The translations under genes were made by a program, and so were the position numbers. This document shows positions 7,901-10,494 of a stretch of 10,494 nt of DNA, piece after piece (position 1 is the stretch's first letter; every line of letters begins with the position of its first letter). The notes beneath the pieces were generated by a model. It was not told the DNA's origin. It did not search any database and saw only the letters and a program-made list of their open reading frames with translations. The stretch lies in the NCBI GenBank assembly GCA_000004985.1, contig GG739023.1. One strand, given 5' to 3'. This DNA is from Naegleria gruberi (taxonomy: Eukaryota).

Positions 7901-9128
7901 NNNNNNNNNNNNNNNNNNNNNNNNNNNNNNNNNNNNNNNNNNNNNNNNNNNNNNNNNNNNNNNNNNNNNNNNNNNNNNNNNNNNNNNNNNNNNNNNNNNN
8001 NNNNNNNNNNNNNNNNNNNNNNNNNNNNNNNNNNNNNNNNNNNNNNNNNNNNNNNNNNNNNNNNNNNNNNNNNNNNNNNNNNNNNNNNNNNNNNNNNNNN
8101 NNNNNNNNNNNNNNNNNNNNNNNNNNNNNNNNNNNNNNNNNNNNNNNNNNNNNNNNNNNNNNNNNNNNNNNNNNNNNNNNNNNNNNNNNNNNNNNNNNNN
8201 NNNNNNNNNNNNNNNNNNNNNNNNNNNNNNNNNNNNNNNNNNNNNNNNNNNNNNNNNNNNNNNNNNNNNNNNNNNNNNNNNNNNNNNNNNNNNNNNNNNN
8301 NNNNNNNNNNNNNNNNNNNNNNNNNNNNNNNNNNNNNNNNNNNNNNNNNNNNNNNNNNNNNNNNNNNNNNNNNNNNNNNNNNNNNNNNNNNNNNNNNNNN
8401 NNNNNNNNNNNNNNNNNNNNNNNNNNNNNNNNNNNNNNNNNNNNNNNNNNNNNNNNNNNNNNNNNNNNNNNNNNNNNNNNNNNNNNNNNNNNNNNNNNNN
8501 NNNNNNNNNNNNNNNNNNNNNNNNNNNNNNNNNNNNNNNNNNNNNNNNNNNNNNNNNNNNNNNNNNNNNNNNNNNNNNNNNNNNNNNNNNNNNNNNNNNN
8601 NNNNNNNNNNNNNNNNNNNNNNNNNNNNNNNNNNNNNNNNNNNNNNNNNNNNNNNNNNNNNNNNNNNNNNNNNNNNNNNNNNNNNNNNNNNNNNNNNNNN
8701 NNNNNNNNNNNNNNNNNNNNNNNNNNNNNNNNNNNNNNNNNNNNNNNNNNNNNNNNNNNNNNNNNNNNNNNNNNNNNNNNNNNNNNNNNNNNNNNNNNNN
8801 NNNNNNNNNNNNNNNNNNNNNNNNNNNNNNNNNNNNNNNNNNNNNNNNNNNNNNNNNNNNNNNNNNNNNNNNNNNNNNNNNNNNNNNNNNNNNNNNNNNN
8901 NNNNNNNNNNNNNNNNNNNNNNNNNNNNNNNNNNNNNNNNNNNNNNNNNNNNNNNNNNNNNNNNNNNNNNNNNNNNNNNNNNNNNNNNNNNNNNNNNNNN
9001 NNNNNNNNNNNNNNNNNNNNNNNNNNNNNNNNNNNNNNNNNNNNNNNNNNNNNNNNNNNNNNNNNNNNNNNNNNNNNNNNNNNNNNNNNNNNNNNNNNNN
9101 NNNNNNNNNNNNNNNNNNNNNNNNNNNN
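4965..9128. other. Assembly gap (4164 N)
   Basis: Contiguous run of n. It hides the 5' end of the OYE gene and whatever else lies between. Confidence 1.
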
Positions 9129-9138
9129 ATTCAACAGT

Positions 9139-9380
9139 GATGATGATTTTAGTAAAATGTTGAGTTTCACCAAAATAAAGATATTTCCAGACATAGAAAT
9201 CACCCATACTATTCTACTATATTAAATATATCTATGATGACGGTTGGTGAGTGTTCCGATGATGGTTTACCAACTTGAAAAATTATAATCCAAAAATTGA
9301 TTTACTATTTTATGATGAAAGTCCAATAATAAAAATTACTACTATTACTACTATTTAGATGATGTTGAGATGATGATGTG
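9139..9380. repeat. Degenerate GATGA / (GAT)n-like motif cluster immediately flanking the large gap
   Basis: gatga occurs eight times on the plus strand (starts 9139, 9142, 9236, 9258, 9314, 9358, 9369, 9372). By composition I would expect well under one. Confidence 0.4.
9337..9354. repeat. Tandem 9-mer TACTACTAT x2 (ACT-type microsatellite)
   Basis: Read directly: attactactattactactattt. Confidence 0.5.
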
Positions 9381-9748
9381 AAAGTTTGGCAGCTTACGGA
9401 TGTGAAACCACTAGAAGAATCATCAAAGTACATCACGTACTAGATGTTGAAATATTTTTTCACATATTCTTAACTGAACAAACAAACCTTGCTTCAAAAA
9501 ATCAACCAAACTCTCGTAATACCTTGCTTGGTTTTCGTTCCAACAATTCAAGCCAAACAACACAAGAGAATCTATTTAATATAATTGGAAAATTCAATTT
9601 TATTAAATGTATCATTCAATTTATCGGTGTTACTAAGGTTGTGCATTTTCCATTTTGGTTTACCGTCATCAGTATTAAGCGGATGCTCTTCTCCCGTCTT
9701 TAGTAAGAAACTGAGTGTTCTCCGTCTCATCCGTCCCCCGTTTCACCG

Positions 9749-9908
9749 TCACTTAGTACCATCTCCAAATGCAGATGTAATTTTACCAACTTTTCTGGAG
9801 GGGTTGATGCCAACAATTGTTTGTGTGGTAGCATTTGAGATTGTAATGTAGGATGCAAAGGCACTGTTGTAAATTGCTCCATTGATTACTTTTATACTGC
9901 CTGATTGT
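9749..9908 (-). CDS. Probable terminal exon of the beta-rich protein gene (TGA stop 9751..9749), not present in the ORF track
   Basis: Donor GTAAGT (9949..9944) overlaps the apparent TAA. Acceptor ttgttgcag (9917..9909). The 41-nt intron joins in phase 2 to give an open 53-codon extension LQSGSIKVINGAIYNSAFASYITISNATTQTIVGINPSRKVGKITSAFGDGTK with the same Ser/Asn/Ile-rich composition as the upstream exon. Alternatively the protein ends at TAA 9948..9946. Confidence 0.4.
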
Positions 9909-9949
9909 CTGCAACAATATTTTAGTAAATTAATTGTTACACAACTTAC

Positions 9950-10494
9950 AATAAAGACTTTGATAAACTAACATTCTCTCCACTGTATCCACTGAAGTGC
10001 AGAATATTTCCTGAATTGTTATACGAATCTGCTCCTCCAATTTTTATGAGCTGGGAATCATTCAATCTCATTTCATAAACTTTGGCTTGAAGCATTAAAT
10101 ATATTTTGTCGTTGTCACATGAAAAACTTTGAAATGAATTATCAGATGAATAAACTGTTTCATAAACTGAGAGTTCCGCCAAATTAATCTTCATTATTTT
10201 AGAATAAGAAACTAAGAAATAAACACTATAGTTTCCATTTTGGTTTACAATACATGAAGAAGTAATTGGGGGAATATTGTAAATTTGTGATTGTTCTCCA
10301 TTTCTGTATATAGTTATGAAATTTGGAGAGGAAAAAAGCAAGGTACCATTTGATAAAGAATTCCCTATTCCACTAATTGAAGTGATACCGGTTGGGATGT
10401 TCAATGAAGAAAGTTGCTCTGTATAAATATTAAATAAGAATACATCTGTGGAAGTGACAATTACCATATCTCCATTTGGGAATACATAAGTGTT
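9950..10494 (-). CDS. Ser/Asn/Ile-rich beta-strand-type repeat protein of unknown function, internal/3' exon (frame open to the window end, gene continues beyond 10494)
   Basis: 545-nt open frame. The upstream in-frame sequence NTYVFPNGD precedes the first Met, so the M at 10467 is not the start. Alternating hydrophobic/polar pattern (VYFLVSYSKIM, IYLMLQAKVYEM) suggests beta-propeller or lectin-like repeats. I recognise no family. Confidence 0.55.

Noticed and set aside
4677-9140. Very long ORFs of 1418-1704 aa spanning the 4.1-kb N run on both strands (4089..9203-, 4677..9140+, 4951..9207-)
   Set aside because: These come from translating N as X. Only the minus frame at 4089-4964 is real coding sequence, the OYE C-terminal part. 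The plus-strand frames are antisense to it.
9230-9480. C/D-box snoRNA reading of the UGAUGA cluster
   Set aside because: Several RUGAUGA box-C-like motifs are present, but I found no appropriately spaced CUGA box D and no 5'/3' terminal complementary stem on either strand. Only a distant ctga at 9474-9477 exists.
9649-9657. CArG-box-like ccattttgg
   Set aside because: It has only five central A/T residues, and CC(A/T)6GG is required. It is one base short of the SRF/MADS consensus.
9386-9851. Plus-strand ORFs 9386..9703 and 9585..9851
   Set aside because: They are antisense to the 3' UTR and the probable terminal exon of the beta-rich gene, and their composition is implausible. They are most likely spurious.
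1-10494. Prokaryotic-style interpretation (operon, defence system, CRISPR, phage)
   Set aside because: The genes are interrupted by canonical GT-AG introns, have AATAAA signals and A-tract Kozak contexts. There are no Shine-Dalgarno-type arrangements, no CRISPR repeats, and scaffold-style N gaps are present. This is a eukaryotic nuclear locus.
1-10494. tRNA or rRNA genes
   Set aside because: I found no GTTCGAATC-type T-loop motifs, no cloverleaf-compatible segments and no rRNA-like conserved blocks on either strand.

Overview
This window is eukaryotic nuclear DNA. It is not a prokaryotic locus or a defence island. It is AT-rich, contains two runs of assembly-gap Ns (1762-2244 and 4965-9128), and its genes are split by short GT-AG introns of 41-150 nt with GTAAGT, GTGAGT or GTTAGT donors. 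Every start codon I call sits right after an A-tract (aaaaaaATG). About 6.3 kb of the window is readable sequence, and I can support six genes in it:

1. A five-exon gene on the minus strand for a 3-hydroxyisobutyrate-dehydrogenase-like oxidoreductase of the NAD-binding 6PGDH/HIBADH family. Its 3' end runs off the window start.
2. A possible 5' end of a divergently transcribed plus-strand gene that runs into the first gap. The two candidate models conflict.
3. A two-exon minus-strand gene for a secreted, probably GPI-anchored, cysteine-rich protein carrying the cysteine signature of the folate-receptor family.
4. An intronless minus-strand gene for a 118-aa protein with six cysteines and no recognisable family.
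5. The C-terminal 291 codons of a classical Old Yellow Enzyme (FMN-dependent NAD(P)H ene-reductase) on the minus strand. The 4.1-kb gap removes its 5' end.
6. The 3' part of a minus-strand gene for a Ser/Asn/Ile-rich, beta-strand-like protein of unknown function. It probably carries a 41-nt terminal intron that the ORF track does not show.

I found no tRNA, rRNA, CRISPR array or clear transposon. Most of the other six-frame ORFs are artefacts of the gaps or are antisense to real exons.

The taxon cannot be fixed from the sequence alone. Codon usage and intron sizes would fit a nematode, a rotifer or an early-diverging fungus. The main points for follow-up are an old-yellow-enzyme gene with a fungal-type His/Asn active site that has no introns in a densely interrupted neighbourhood, an unusual GATGA-rich repeat block at the edge of the large gap, a purine-rich GACGG cluster in a 3' UTR, and several short recurrent motifs.
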